Part shown: positions 25,013 to 38,040 of the stretch, piece after piece
How the letters are laid out: each line of letters starts with the position of its first letter
Position numbering within the stretch: position 1 is the first letter of the stretch
Assembly: GCA_030390025.1 (NCBI GenBank)
Contig: CM059429.1
Location: 156,116,001 to 156,180,000, forward strand
Length of the DNA: 64,000 bases
Reading direction: 5' to 3'
Origin: Squalus acanthias
Lineage: Eukaryota
The notes under the pieces: generated by a model
Told to the model about the DNA's origin: nothing
Database searches by the model: none
What the model saw: only the letters and a program-made list of their open reading frames with translations
Position numbers and translations under genes: made by a program

Positions 25013-25775
25013 CTAGGATATTTATTAAAAAGTAAAATTGTTTTAAAATCAAACGAGGTGCGGCTCTGAGAGGGAGTTTCCCCTTCAACGTCCCATTTCG
25101 AAAAACCAACTTTATTATTTTTGAAAGAGTTAACAGAATGTTAATGTTTAAGCAATAACTGATGACACAGCGTTTCTGAGCCCAAGGTTGCCAACAGCAC
25201 GTTCAAAAAAAATAAATCTTTCTGTCAGAACTTAGATGGCCTCAGGAACGCTAGCTTAAGGTGGTGAAGAAGCTGTATCAAAGGGAACTACAGTGCAAAA
25301 GAGGCCATAGAACATCCAGAGGGAACTGGGAAACACGAGGAACATCACACACACAGATATGCTGACCCGGCCTTAAAAATCTTACATTTTTGGCCCAGAG
25401 AATGTTGCCCTCTAATTTTTTTTTTGGTGCGCGGTCCCTTTAAATTTGCTGCGTGGCCACGCGCGGTATCTTTTCCAGCGGCAGCAGTGGGTGAGCGGCC
25501 TGCACGGGACCTTCCGATTGGTGCGCGGCCATTGCACCCGAACCCAACTTTCTCCCAGCAGCAATTTCAAGCAATAAAATTCCCCTATGTTTTATTTCAT
25601 TGTAAAAGCAATAGTCAGTAACAAACCTGTGCGCGTTTTATTTATGCTTGTATCATTGTAAAAGTTGAAAAGCAAAAGCTTCTCGGAGTGGTCTATGTTG
25701 TGACAAATTGCGTAATAACAGTTTTTAACTGGTTCAAGTAGGAGAACGTACATCCACATAAAAATATGTACTTAC

Positions 25776-25874
25776 ATTTTTTATTATTAATGGACAGCGT
25801 GTTACCCTCTGCATAGGCTTCAGTAAGAAACTTGATAGTGGCATTCCTTTACATTGCGGGTCCATGGCTAGTCT
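25776..25874 (-). CDS. ITSN1: ITSN1-L exon, DH domain CR3
   Basis: [33 protein letters not shown]; 99 nt; acag/gtaagt boundaries. Confidence 0.95.
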
Positions 25875-26099
25875 CTGTCATAACATAAATAAGCCAAGTG
25901 TCAATAATAATGCCACAGTATCAAGAAAATCACATTTTATATATTGTACAGCACCTTATCACATCCTCAGGACATCCCAAAAAGCTTTGCAATTACTGAA
26001 GTAAAGCATTTCCTACATTACAACAGTGACTACACTTCAAAAATACTTCATTGGCTGTAAAGCGCTTTCGGTTGTGACAGGCGGTATGTAAACACAAGC

Positions 26100-27230
26100 C
26101 TTTCAAGTCTTTCTTTAAGTGTAGTCACTACTATGTAGGCAAACATGGCAGACAACGTGTACACAGCAAGATACCATAAACAACAAATGAATCAATGATA
26201 GATAATCTGTTTTTGGTAGTGTTGGTTGAGGGAGGAATGTCGGCCAGGACATCAGGAGAACGCTGCGGTCTTCTTCGAATAATAAGATCTCACGGGGGTG
26301 AAATTGGGTGCCTTTGCTCCTCCAGTTAGTGCCCCCGTGGGCGCTAACGGGATGCAAATGGCTTTGCGACTGGGCGCGGCGCTGACATCGACTCCCGCCA
26401 TATTCAGCAGGAGTTTTGTGGCAGCGCTACGGCGTTGCGTCCAGATCTCCTTCGCCCGGAGATCATGACGTCATCGCCGTGCGCATTGCACCAGACCCGA
26501 AATTGGCTTCCGCCCCCTGCAGCAGCGCTGGTCGAAAACACCGACAGCTGCAGGAGGCGTGCATCGGACGGCCGGCCATTTCGGTGGCGATGATTAAAGG
26601 CGAGGTGGCCGAGGTAAGTAAAAAAAACTTACCTTTCTTGTTGCAGTTTTTTCCGCAGTTCCCTGCCCGCGATTGATCAGCCCGGCACGCTGCTTGAGTG
26701 CCGGGCTGATCGCGTGGGATCACAGCTGCCTTGGTGGTCCAGGTAGGTACTTTTTAAATTGCAGAGCCTGCAGCGATGGCCCTTCCCTTTAATGGAGGGA
26801 AGGAGCCTTTGAGTGCGGCAGTGCTGCACGGCCCAGTGTGCAGCGCTGTTGAAGTCTCCGCCCCGCTTGCTGCCAATTATGCGCCAAGAAGGAAGTGGAA
26901 CGCTTGATTTAACGCTCCACTTCCTTCTTGGAGCGCAAACGGCGAATTTTTCAAAAGTTTGAAATCGTTAGCACCTGGCGCTAACTTTTCAAACATTTAA
27001 AAATTAGCACCCCAAACGGGGCGATGGTGAATTTCTCCCCACTTATGTCTACCAGAGCCGCAGGCAAACAGGACCTCAGCCGAAAGGCAGCACACCTCTG
27101 ACAATGCAGCAATCCCTCAGGGCTGCACTGATGGGTCGGCCTAAATTATGTGCTCGAGTCCGTAGTGAGGCTTGAACCCACAATCTTTTGATTCAGAGGC
27201 GAGAGTGCGACCTACTGAGCCAAAATGACA
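26100..27230 (-). mobile_element. SacSINE1-like SINE interrupted by a Harbinger-like MITE (~26294-27039)
   Basis: SINE halves flank an element with gggggtgaaatt / aatttctccc ends and a probable cac TSD. Confidence 0.7.
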
Positions 27231-27351
27231 CTTCAAAAGCTTTTCAGAAAATAATATTTGACTGAAATCAAGGGTTTCACGTTAAAGCAAGCTAAAGGTG
27301 ATGCAGAGATTGTTTCTTTTGCTGTGCTGCGGTAATGCGATGATCACTTAC

Positions 27352-27535
27352 TTTCACAAATTCCTTGAATTCTGGAACCTCATCTGTCTTTTGCTGGATA
27401 AGTGCAGCTCCGTTTAGCTGACAGCTGCAGAATCGGATGTATGGCTGCATGTGAGGCAGTTGTGCTGTTAATATGTCACCAATCATTTTCACTGGCATCC
27501 TCTCCCCTGACATCTTCTTCCTTACTCGCAGTGCC
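27352..27535 (-). CDS. ITSN1: ITSN1-L exon, DH domain
   Basis: [22 protein letters not shown]...PEFKEFVK; 184 nt. Confidence 0.96.
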
Positions 27536-28465
27536 CTACAGTGAGGCAAAAACAGATGCACATTAGAATAGATGACAAGTATGCAGACAAATGCAACATA
27601 TTCAGCATTGCATTAGGGTTTATTTAAAAAAACAAAAAAAAATGTATTTTAACTGTATTTGTGTTTTCTAGATAAAGCACTGTACTGACAGTAAGAATCA
27701 ATTTGTATCATTATCAATGCTTGTGTAAATACCGTGGGTATTTGTTGATATCAATCAATGTTTAGAAAACTTAGTGATCACTGTGCCTGCTTATCCTGAC
27801 TCCACATTAACATCAATGAACTTTATATCCAGGTTTCCAATTTCAAAGTCCAACAATCTGAATTAAATCCCAATGTTAAGAAACTTGTGTAAAGTAATTC
27901 TTGGCGTTCATTCTAAATGCAACCCAGATGTCAAATGCACTGCTGGAAGTATTTGCCGTTGGTTATATACCGGACAATAGATAGGTTCTGGTGTGTTACA
28001 ATCAGGTGAAGGGTTCAGGTGAAACTGCTTGAGCACGTCCATGTTACCTAAACCTGAAGATGTGCTACTCCTTTTAAATGCACTCCAGTCTGTGTTATTC
28101 CAATTGTAGAACTGTTTGTAGGAGGCCTATGTCAGCCAGCAGCAGCTGGCAAGCTCCCATGATAGAATTGCGTGATTTGAACTGAAATGCTAATTGTACT
28201 ATGTGATTTGAGCTGCTCTGACACCAGATTGTATTTAATTGCACATTACAGGGAAATAAAATGGCCCGTGTGTATTATATGAAGAGAGAGCAAATGCCCT
28301 GTCCGATATTATTTTATCCCACAAGGGAGTTATACTACAAGCAAAATAAAAATCTGAACAAATAGCTCAAAATGTAGAACTTCCACTTCGCAACAAAAAA
28401 CCTGTTTCCTGTTGCAAAGATTGGCTTTCAATCTATTACCCAGATTTACTCCAGTGTCACTCCAT

Positions 28466-28905
28466 AACTGAGTCAGAAGATTGTTGGTTCAAGTCCCACT
28501 CTAGGGACTTGAGCACATAAATTTAGGCTGACACTCCAGTGCAGTACTGAGGGAGTGCTGCACTGTCAGAGGTGCCGTCTTTCGGATGAGATGTTAAACT
28601 GAGGCCCCGTCTGCTCTCTCAAGTGGACGTAAAAGATCCCACGGCACTATTTCGAAGAAGAGCAAGGGAGTTATCTCCGGTATCCTGGCCAATATTTATC
28701 CCTCAATCAACATGACAAAAACAGATTATCAGGTCAATCATCACATTGCTGTTTGTGGGAGCTTGCTGTGCGCAAATTGGCTGCCGCGTTTCCTGCATTA
28801 CAACAGTAACTACACTCCAAATGTACTTCATTGGCTGTAAGGCGCTTTGGGACGTCCGGTGGTCGTGAAAGGCGCTATATAAATGCAAGTCTTTCTTTTT
28901 TTTTT
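28466..28905 (+). mobile_element. SacSINE1-like SINE
   Basis: High similarity to 8965-9398. Confidence 0.88.
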
Positions 28906-29323
28906 CCATAACTGACTACCAGGACGAAGATCTGGAATGACTCAGGCTCCAATTTTCCTTTACTTGCTGAGAAGGACCAAGACATCAGCAAGACGTGCAC
29001 TGGGACAGATTGCAAATTTGGAATCGAACATGTGAACCTCAGTCCTGCCACTTCTTGGAAAAATGCCACATTAGCCCAGACCCATCAACTCAGATTTGAC
29101 ACTCTTTTTTGCCTTTATATGGAATCACAAACTTTGTCTTCATTCCAGACTTAGTGTTGCAACACTTTGTGTTTTACAAGAAGATGGTCCCGTGATTCCC
29201 ATTCTGCATCCCCCACAGGAAGGAGATTTTGAACATGGCAGTGGAGAAAGATAGTAAGATACAGACATTATTATAAAGTGACTGTCATCAGGGTACCATA
29301 CCAAGATGTCAACATGTACCTAC

Positions 29324-29430
29324 TTCAACAATTTGATATTGCACATGATGAGCTCTTTCCAGTTAACAAAAATCATGGCCACTTCTTTCTCTGTCAGCAG
29401 ATCAGACTCTAGTAGTGGTTTTTGAAAGAC
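29324..29430 (-). CDS. ITSN1: ITSN1-L exon, DH domain
   Basis: [36 protein letters not shown]; 107 nt; ttag/gtaggt boundaries. Confidence 0.95.
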
Positions 29431-29609
29431 CTAATGGAACATTAGCAGCAACAGCAGTTTAATTCAGAGTCAGCAAAACTTTCCTGACAAGAACAAAGAA
29501 AGATCATTAACAAAAAAGCATTCAGTCGTCTCTAAGTATAAGTTTACCGTATGGGTGCAACAGATTACTCAAATTGGGAAATGCACATTGTAGGAAGATT
29601 ATTATACAT

Positions 29610-30150
29610 TCAGGAAAGCGGTGTTCCACAAGGATCAGTGCTGTTATTCATAATTTACATTAATGATTTGGGCTTAGGAACAGGTAACTCAACTTCAAAA
29701 TTTTCAGATGACACCAAACTGGGGGAGTATAACTAACACAGAGGAAGAATGCAACAAAAACAAGACAACATTAGAAAAATTGCAGACTGGGCAGTTAAGT
29801 GGCAAATTAACTTCAACATAGATAAATGTGAGGTGATGCACTTTGGTTGGTAAAACAGAAACATCACCTACACCTTAGACAATTAGAAACTGAATGGGGT
29901 AGAAGAGCAAAGGGAGCTAGGGATACAGGTGAATAAATCATTAAAAGCAGCATCGCAAGTCAGTAAAGCAGTTAAAAATGCTAATAAAGCCCTGGGATTT
30001 ATTTCTAGGGGTGTAGAATTCAAAAGTAGTGAAGTTATGTTAAAACTTGTATCGGACCCTGGTCAGGTCACATTTAGAGTACTGTGCACAGTTCTGGTCT
30101 CCATACTATAAAAAGGACATAGAAGCACTGGAGACACTGCAGTGGCAACA
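29610..30150 (+). mobile_element. Degraded CR1 RT fragment
   Basis: SGVPQGSVL...YINDL...SKFSDDTKLG and DKCEVMHFG motifs. Confidence 0.82.
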
Positions 30151-30767
30151 ATACTGAATCAGCAACCCAGAGGTCCTGAATGCAAATCTGACACTGAATT
30201 CAATAAATCTGGTAATTTGTGGGCTGGTGCCAGAAAAAATAACCATGAAAGCTGCTGGACTGTCGTAGAAACTCAACTGGTTCTCTAATGTAATGCAGGG
30301 AAGGTAAGCTGGCATCCTACCTGGTCTGACCTGTGTGTGACTCCAGTCCCATACTACAAGGCTGACTCGTAATGCCTTATTACCCAAGCTAGCCATTCAG
30401 TTGTAAGAATAATTGCTACGATGAAGGCCCACCGCCACCTTCTCAGGGCAACTAGGTATGGGCAATAAATGCATCCTTGCCAACCCGAGAACAAATTTAA
30501 AAATAGACTGCCCTCCAAACAAATGCACTCTTCTGCAGGTGTCACTAGATAGTGATCATGAGCAGGAACTCGGGCTGATGTTTATTTCCCTCCTTGTACT
30601 CAGGGAACACTGAATCAAACTACTGCTTCCACTGTTGCTCCAGGTAAGATCAGTAAACACAGTGTAGGGTGGAGATTGAAACTGGGATGTAATATTTACC
30701 CACTGAGCTTTCGGCACAGCCTGAAAATTGCGTGTGCCATCCGGTCCACAAGATAACTCGATCTTAC

Positions 30768-30889
30768 CTCAGTGACCAGCTGCAGATCACTCACATAGTT
30801 TTCTTCTGTCACGATGAGCTCGTGGATATAGCCCTGTCGCTTTCGCTCAGAAGGAGTTAGCATGTCCAATAAATGTAAGTCAGCACACC
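30768..30889 (-). CDS. ITSN1: ITSN1-L exon, start of DH (RhoGEF) domain
   Basis: T|GG gives W; [41 protein letters not shown]; 122 nt. Confidence 0.96.
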
Positions 30890-31719
30890 CTACACAGAAG
30901 AGGGGAAGACTAAATAGTATACATCACGTAGCATTCTAACATACATGGTTTCATACGCAGCTGAGGCACTTGAACTGCCATCCAATAGTAATTAATAACA
31001 TAGCCAATCCATCAGTCTGGATAAAAAGTTAGGCAGAGTACTATACAGATAACATTTTACAGGATAGAATCAGAGAACACAAACTGTGACATCCGAGTAA
31101 ATTGGGTCGATGTCTTCATTTTAATTTTTTAAATATTGTTTCAGACCAATTCACAATACGTGGCGAGCTGGTTGTGACAATGTTCCCGCTAATTTTTTTG
31201 GGTGCGCGGTCCCTTTAACTGGCATGTGCGGCTCATTCACATTTCCGCGCATGCACAGTCTTTCCATTCAAAACACCATTGACCGGCCTGCGGGGGAACA
31301 TCCAGACCGCTAAACTTGAAAAATATATTTTGGCATTGATTTCAGTGTCAGTTATGTTGTACTGCATTAAAGTGATTGCCAAGCAGAAATACAAATCTAA
31401 AGCCTTTCATCTTTTCCCCCTACCCAAGGTGCTCATTCTTTCAATAAGGTTCTTTTGCACAGATTTTCAGCAAAACTAGCATAGGAAAAGTTTTTAGGTG
31501 CCAGGCTCTTTATCAGAGCTGCGAACATCAAGAAAATATTAGGAGTGAGATTGACTCAGAATTCCAACCCATTTAAACATAAGGAGATGGATTTATTTTA
31601 AGCGTGATACTCTTAAAAGTCCATTTCTAATTGTCTAAACACAGCCAGCGTATCTCCAGAAATGGTTTCTCTTTCAGCCCTGGCCAATCACCACTGAGGT
31701 TCACCTTCCTCTTGCTTCC

Positions 31720-32570
31720 CATATGTATGCTGACAACACCTCGCACCACCTCTCCTGACCACTTCTGTGCTGTCAAACTGCCTCATCGAAATTGTTGTGG
31801 GTGAGTCAAAATTTTCTGCAACTGACCATAAGGAAAACTGAAGCCACTGTTTTCGGCCCTCTAGTTCCTTGCCACTGATGCCATCCTCCTCCCGCGTTGC
31901 TCACTCAGGCCGAATCGGACCACGCAAAATCTTAAGGTCCTGTTCAACACGGTTGAATTTCAAACCCAACATCACCAAGACTACTTACTTCCAGCTCCAC
32001 AGCATCTCTTGCGCCTCTGTCCCTACCTCACCTTACTACTGCCCAACCCTTACCCACACTTTTGGCACCTAGAAACTTGATTTCTGTTATGTCCTTGCTC
32101 ACCTCCACTCTCCATAAAATTCAATCGAAGTTCAGCTGTCCATGGCCTCTCCTGCGCTGGCTCGCTTGCCCATCACCCCCATCCTTACTGATCTACATTG
32201 GTTCCCCGTCCCCAAATGCAATGAATTTAGACTCCTTGCCCTCAACTTCAAATCTCTTCATTGCCTCAACTTTGCTTCTGCATCCTTCTCTAGCCTTACA
32301 TCCTTTTCTAAATCCTTCAATTCTCCGACTCTTGCATCTGTCCTCCCTTTGCCTCAGCAATCTTTGCAGCCCTTTCAACTGCCTCAGCCCCCTCCCTTAA
32401 CTCCTCTACCTCTCCACTCCCACTGCCTTCTTAAAACTCATCTCTTTGATCAAGCTTTCAGGCATCTTTCCCAACACGTCTGTTCCTTTTGTACATTTTT
32501 CTCTTTTTAAAGCATCTTGAGACATTTTCCAGCTTAAAGGTGCTGCTTAATGCAGGTTATTGTTATTATT
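31720..32570 (+). mobile_element. Degraded L2 LINE 3' fragment
   Basis: YADNT-like motif, PITPILTDLHWFPV and LKTHLFDQAF. Confidence 0.75.
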
Positions 32571-33403
32571 GATCGATATAAATGAAATTATATAAGCTCC
32601 GATAAAGCTACTATAGGAACAGTGCTCCACAAATTACCAAAGGTACCTTCAAAATTCTTCAGGGGAATTACCGACAATGTGCTTAAAATTGAGTTTTAGC
32701 TTGAAATCTGACCACATAAAAAGGAGTTCAGCTATCGAACTGAATGCTTGGTAAAAGCTTTTAGCCAACACAAGTTCTCAGCTCGTTCAAACCATTACCC
32801 AGGCTTTTTGGGCATAAAATCTTCGAAGCTGAAGGCCATAATTGAAATAAAGCTTTAAAACCTCGAGGTGTGCTGCACCAGCAAGGTTTGTGTTATATTA
32901 TAGGCAGGAGACGCCATTACCTCTCACTCAAACCACTTAGGTAACACCTAATAGAACATGAAGATGTCACCTTTTTCTATTTGTGTGAGGATAAAAAAAA
33001 ACTCTCAAAATGCAAGATCAGTAAAGGGGAGGTTGTAAAATATCGCAGACGTAAAGTCTGTCTTACTGGGGAGGAAAGCCATGAGCCAGCGACGCAATGA
33101 CAGCCGCAGGACTCCGTTTTTATCAAGTTTGATTGGCAGTCAAGGGGTCAAAACCTTCAGGCATCAGTGACATCCTAATTGGTTAAGTGAATGTAGGGTG
33201 CCCTTTAAAATTAAGATAAAAAATAGAGGGCTGTGCACCCCTCAGACTCGTCAATGTTAGATGATCGGTAGCCTAGTAGTAGCAGTAATAGACAATCTAC
33301 AGTAATCTTGTCTAGAGCGAACGTGCTGTCTTTGTCATTGTAGGAGTAGCAGTCTCTGTTAGTTCACTTAGTTTCTCTTTGCTCTAAGAACCTTTACCTA
33401 GCA

Positions 33404-33770
33404 ACAATAATTTGCATTTATATAGAGCCTTTAACGTAGTAAAACGTCACAAGCCCCTTCACAGGAGCGATTATCGAACAAAACTTGGTACCGAGCCACG
33501 TAGATATTAGGACTGGTTTGGTCTGAGGTAGGTTTTAAGGAGCGTCCTAAAGGAGGAGCGAGAGGTAGAGAATTCCAGAGTTTAGGGCCTTGGCAGCTGA
33601 AAGCACGGCTGCCAATCGTGCAGCGAAGAAAATCGGGGATGCGCAAGAGGCCAGAATTGGAGGAGCGCAGAGATCTCGGAGGGTTGTAGGGCTGGATGAC
33701 ATTACAGAAATAGGATGGGGCGAGGCAATGGAGGGATTTGAAAACAACGATGAGAATTTCAAAATCGAGC
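33404..33770 (-). mobile_element. L2 LINE 3' end (related tail at ~45767-45935)
   Basis: TIGSRAFSCQGPKLWNSLP; tail ggctctatataaatgcaa. Confidence 0.75.
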
Positions 33771-35299
33771 AGACATAGAAAGGTGCCTTTTACAGGTACA
33801 GTGCATTAGGACAAAAAGTAAATACCGAGTTAGCTTGTCCAGGCTGTACCAGCCAATTGCAGGCAAAATGCTCGAAATTAGAGAGAGGCGAGAGTGAAGC
33901 CAGCTCAAGTATCATTGCTCGTGTGTAAGGAGAGTTCAGTTGAAACCAAAGGTCCAACTGGAATGGATAATCCCACTGCCGAAAGGGGGTTCGTTGACTT
34001 GTCACTCCAGAAGCCAGCGCCTGCGTCCCAGGGAAGGATGGCCACTCGTAAATGCAAGGTCATCTAAGCTCCGAGTGTTGTTAATCACACGTAGACTTGA
34101 ACTATTTAATAGACTGGCTACTCAAAGCAGTTAACTTATCAGCTGTCGTAAGGAATTATTCTTCAAGTAATCTTGCCAATTGATATCCTCAACTTTGAGC
34201 ACTGCTGTAATTAATGCTTAGTATCAGTTTGTGGTAATTTACAGCGATACACTGAATTGCTTGTGTAACTGTTGTTACTCGTTTTGTTAAGTAACTCTCC
34301 ATTAATGATTCGCTGCTCAACTGCTGGATAACTCGGATTACATTTATGCACTTCTCTTAAGCATTTGTGTACCCAACTTTAACTTTCAGTTGTGATTTGT
34401 AATCAATAAATATCGTTTGGTGCAGGACTTATGGTCTGGCTTCTTGATAATTAGGCATGAAAGAGTTAATTCACTCACTCACTCAGCAGCTTCAGGGTAA
34501 CCTAACCGAGGGTTAATGAATTAAATTTGTTTTGATCTGAACTGGGTTAAATGCAAGACACCTACCCTGGCTGGTAAAACCCCAGACAAATAATTCGTCA
34601 GGAACTAAAAAGGGAAGGAATTAAGGATTTGTCTGGTTCCTCAGCATATATTGGTCAGGATGCCAAAACCCAGCTTTCTTACACTACAGCCTAATCGCCT
34701 CCTTACTTTGCCAGCCAGAGCATCCAGGTGAAAGTCCAGAGTCTGGTGGGTGAACAAGTTAGGAACTTCATTAAAGGAATGATTAAAGATACAATAAACT
34801 TATCGTGCTCCTTTGTGTTTTTTTCAAGTCACACACTGTTACCCCATTTCAGTAAGAGAGAGGACCTCTCATTCAAACTTATTAAGCAGAAGCCTGCATG
34901 AGCCAAGTTTCTTCTCTTGAAAGTAGCTAGGTCTAAACAGCAATATTGGTGGGTTTGTGAAGATTGAACCATTTACTTTTCCTTGGTGCGATTATCTTAA
35001 AATTACTACACACCATACATTTTTGTTGAATGAGACTTAGTGGGAAGTGACCTTCCTGACAAGGTTAACAGTAAGCAAAATGGATACTGCCCACTAACCA
35101 TTTCCCATTACCTAACACAAGCTTCAGCAGTTCTGACTAAATCATATTTGATCTTTTATATACAAAGGAAAGTATTCCAGCTAACAATTGCTTAGGAGAG
35201 AGTTCCGCTTGCAGAATGGTGCATGAACATTCACCACTGATATTCAGATGCATGGTTCCTGGATCGAGAGATTATTGAAGTTCGGTGGCAGCAAATTAC

Positions 35300-36420
35300 A
35301 ATGTGTATCTGCCTCAATCTCGACAAGGACTGCGGAGAGTGCATCCTACCATGCATGATCATTCTTATTCAGTACACTAGTTTCGAGGGCTTCGGACGGT
35401 AATGAGTCCAGACGAAGATGAGTTTTCTCTACAATACTCTACCAATGTCTAGAATCAGGTTTTATAATATTTAAATTTCCAATGATGGAGTATGCATGAA
35501 CTTACTTGAGAATTCTGACTATCAGCTTTTCCAACTATCTTTGCCATTTGTTTGCTATGGTGAACATCAGATATAAATACCATGTTTAATATTTGTAACC
35601 GAGGAAAGCTTGCAGCCCTTTTAGAACTGGGTGAGTAACATAGTCGGCTTTTCCCAGTACTGAAGGTATTGTACCATTAGACCACCGACTGTTTGGTTCA
35701 AACTGCACCAAGCTACAGCAAGTCAGTCAATGCCTGTCTTTTGGATGGGGAATTAATGTTCTCCCGAGAAGAAAACAGGCCATCACTTTCGACAGCATCC
35801 ACTAGGCCAACATTGAAGATGAGAAAAGTAGGACAAAGCACATCCTTCAAGGACCACTGCATAGGTTTTATGGCGATGATCTGGTGTTTCCATCCTTTGA
35901 GGAAGTCACAGATTCTTCGTTCAGCAAGTCACCTGGTATATCACAAGAAATCTCAACAGCTATTCCTCTTTGTGCTAGGTACTGCACTGAAAGAATCACT
36001 TCACATCAAGATGACGAGGTGGTTCAGACTGTTCAAGTGGACCAATTTACTTTGAAGCCAAATTGATAACCAGATAGCAAGATATTACAGCAGAGATGTT
36101 GCAAGCATTTCTAATTTACTATGCCAAATGAGTTTTGATACCTCTAGCAGCAGACATACTGGTCTGTAACTATTGCGCTCTGATTTGGATACCTCCTTGA
36201 GGAACATCACAATTTGACAAGAGTATTGAAGTAGACAAACTCGTAGCATCTTTGAGTTTTCAAGCCTACAAGCGATTGGAGCCAGGAGCTTATCCAGAAT
36301 CAAGATTTTGAAGGAGATGTGCCGGATTCAACAGATTGGGTTGCTATACTTTTCTCTTTCGGTATTTCCAATGATTTCTAAGCAAAAGAAATCCATTTTA
36401 TCCAGAGATACGTCATGTGA
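35300..36420 (-). mobile_element. Ancient, heavily degraded LINE reverse transcriptase fragment
   Basis: ORF 36085-36303 contains NSYRPVCLLLEVSKLI (NYRPISLL..SK motif); YQFGFK follows downstream. Confidence 0.6.
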
Positions 36421-36919
36421 CCTTTTCCTCTCGAGGGAAAAAAGCCATAGTAGAGCTTGCTGTGCTCAAACCAGATCTGGCAATGGATGGCAAAGCTAGA
36501 TACGCTCAAGTCTGTGCTCCTCAGACTTGAGGGAACAATAATGCAGCTGCATCAGGAGAATGCGGGGATGGGAGATGGTCAAGGTTTTGCTGGGGACACG
36601 GTCATCAAAGTAGAGGTGAGGAAGCGGTTGAGCAAATCAAAAGCTGCAAAGAAATCATGGAAACTGGGGGGGCTCAGCAGCCGTGAATCCACATACAAGA
36701 GTTAATATGAAGGAAAAGGCTTCCTAAAGGACAGGAGGGCAGTGAATTCAGAGAATGGCCAAGATTGAAAATGTGGAGGATAAGAAGTTGCTCGGTGTAG
36801 AGACTGATGGTAGAATGGAGAAAGTATATTTTGGAATGGGACTTGGGGCGGGGCCGGTAGACGATGAGGATTTCATATCCTTGTTGTAAATTTTAGACCA
36901 GAATTGATTATTCTGCAAA

Positions 36920-38040
36920 GTTATTGTGCAAAGTTAAAGCACATGGGATTGGGGGTAAGGTACTGACTTGGATAGAGAACTGGTTGGCAGACAGGAAGCA
37001 AAGAGTTGGAACAAATGGGTCTTTTTCCAAGTGGCAGGCAGTGACTAGTGGGGGGCCCCAGCTATTCACAATATCTATATATCTATATATATGATCTAGA
37101 CGAGGGAACTAGATATATCTCCAAGTTTGCAGACGGCACAAAGCTGGGTGGACGTTTGTGCTGTGAGGAGGATGCAGAGAAACTCCAGTATGATTTGGAC
37201 AGGTTGGGTGATTGGGCAGGTGCATGGCAGATGCAGTATAATGTGGATAAATGCGAGGTTATCCACTTTGGTGGCAAAAACAGGAAGACAGATTATCTGA
37301 ACGGCAATAGATTGGGAAAAGGGGAAGTGCAACGAGACCTAGGTGTCCTTGTGCACCAGTCGCTGAAGGTAAGCATGCAGGTGCAGCAGGCGGTTAAGAA
37401 GGCAAATGGTATGTTGGCCTTCATAGCGAGAGGATTTGAGTACAGGAGCAAGGATGTCTTGCTGCAGTTGTACAGGACCTTGGTGAGACCACACCTTGAG
37501 TATTGTGTGCAGTTTTGGTCGCCTTATCTGAGGAAGGATGTTCTTGCCATGGAGGGAGTGCAGCGAAGATTCACCAGACTGATACCTGGGATGGCAGGAA
37601 TGACGTATGAAGAGAGATTGGGTCGATTAAGCTTATATTCGCTAGAGTTTAGAAGAATGAGAGGGGATCTCATTGAAACTTATAAAATTCTAACAGGACT
37701 GGACAGACTAGATGCAGGAAGGATGTTCCCGATGGCGGGGAAGTCCAGAACCAGGGGTCACAGTCTAAGGATAAGGGGTAAGCCATTTAGGACTGAGATG
37801 AGGAGGAATTTCTTCACCCAGAGAGTGGTGAACCTGTGTAATTCTCTACCACAGAAGGCAGTTGAGGCCAATTCATTAAATATATTCAAGAAGGAGTTAG
37901 ATATACTTCTTAAGGCTAAAGGGATATGGGGAGAAAGCAGGGACAGGGTACTGAATTTGGATGATCAGCCATGATCTCATTAAATGGCGGAACAGGCTCA
38001 AGGGGCCGAATGGCCTACTCCTATCTTCTATGTTTCTATT
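36920..38040 (+). mobile_element. CR1 LINE (HER1-like) 3' part of ORF2 plus 3'UTR
   Basis: 308-aa ORF 37048-37974 with SKFADGTKLG, DKCEVIHFG, LVRPHLEYCVQFWSP and RRMRGDLIETYK; catalytic FADD altered. Confidence 0.93.

Noticed and set aside
37048-37974. 308-aa ORF as a host gene or active RT
   Set aside because: 5'-truncated CR1 ORF2 remnant with the catalytic FADD changed to FADG and an internal deletion.
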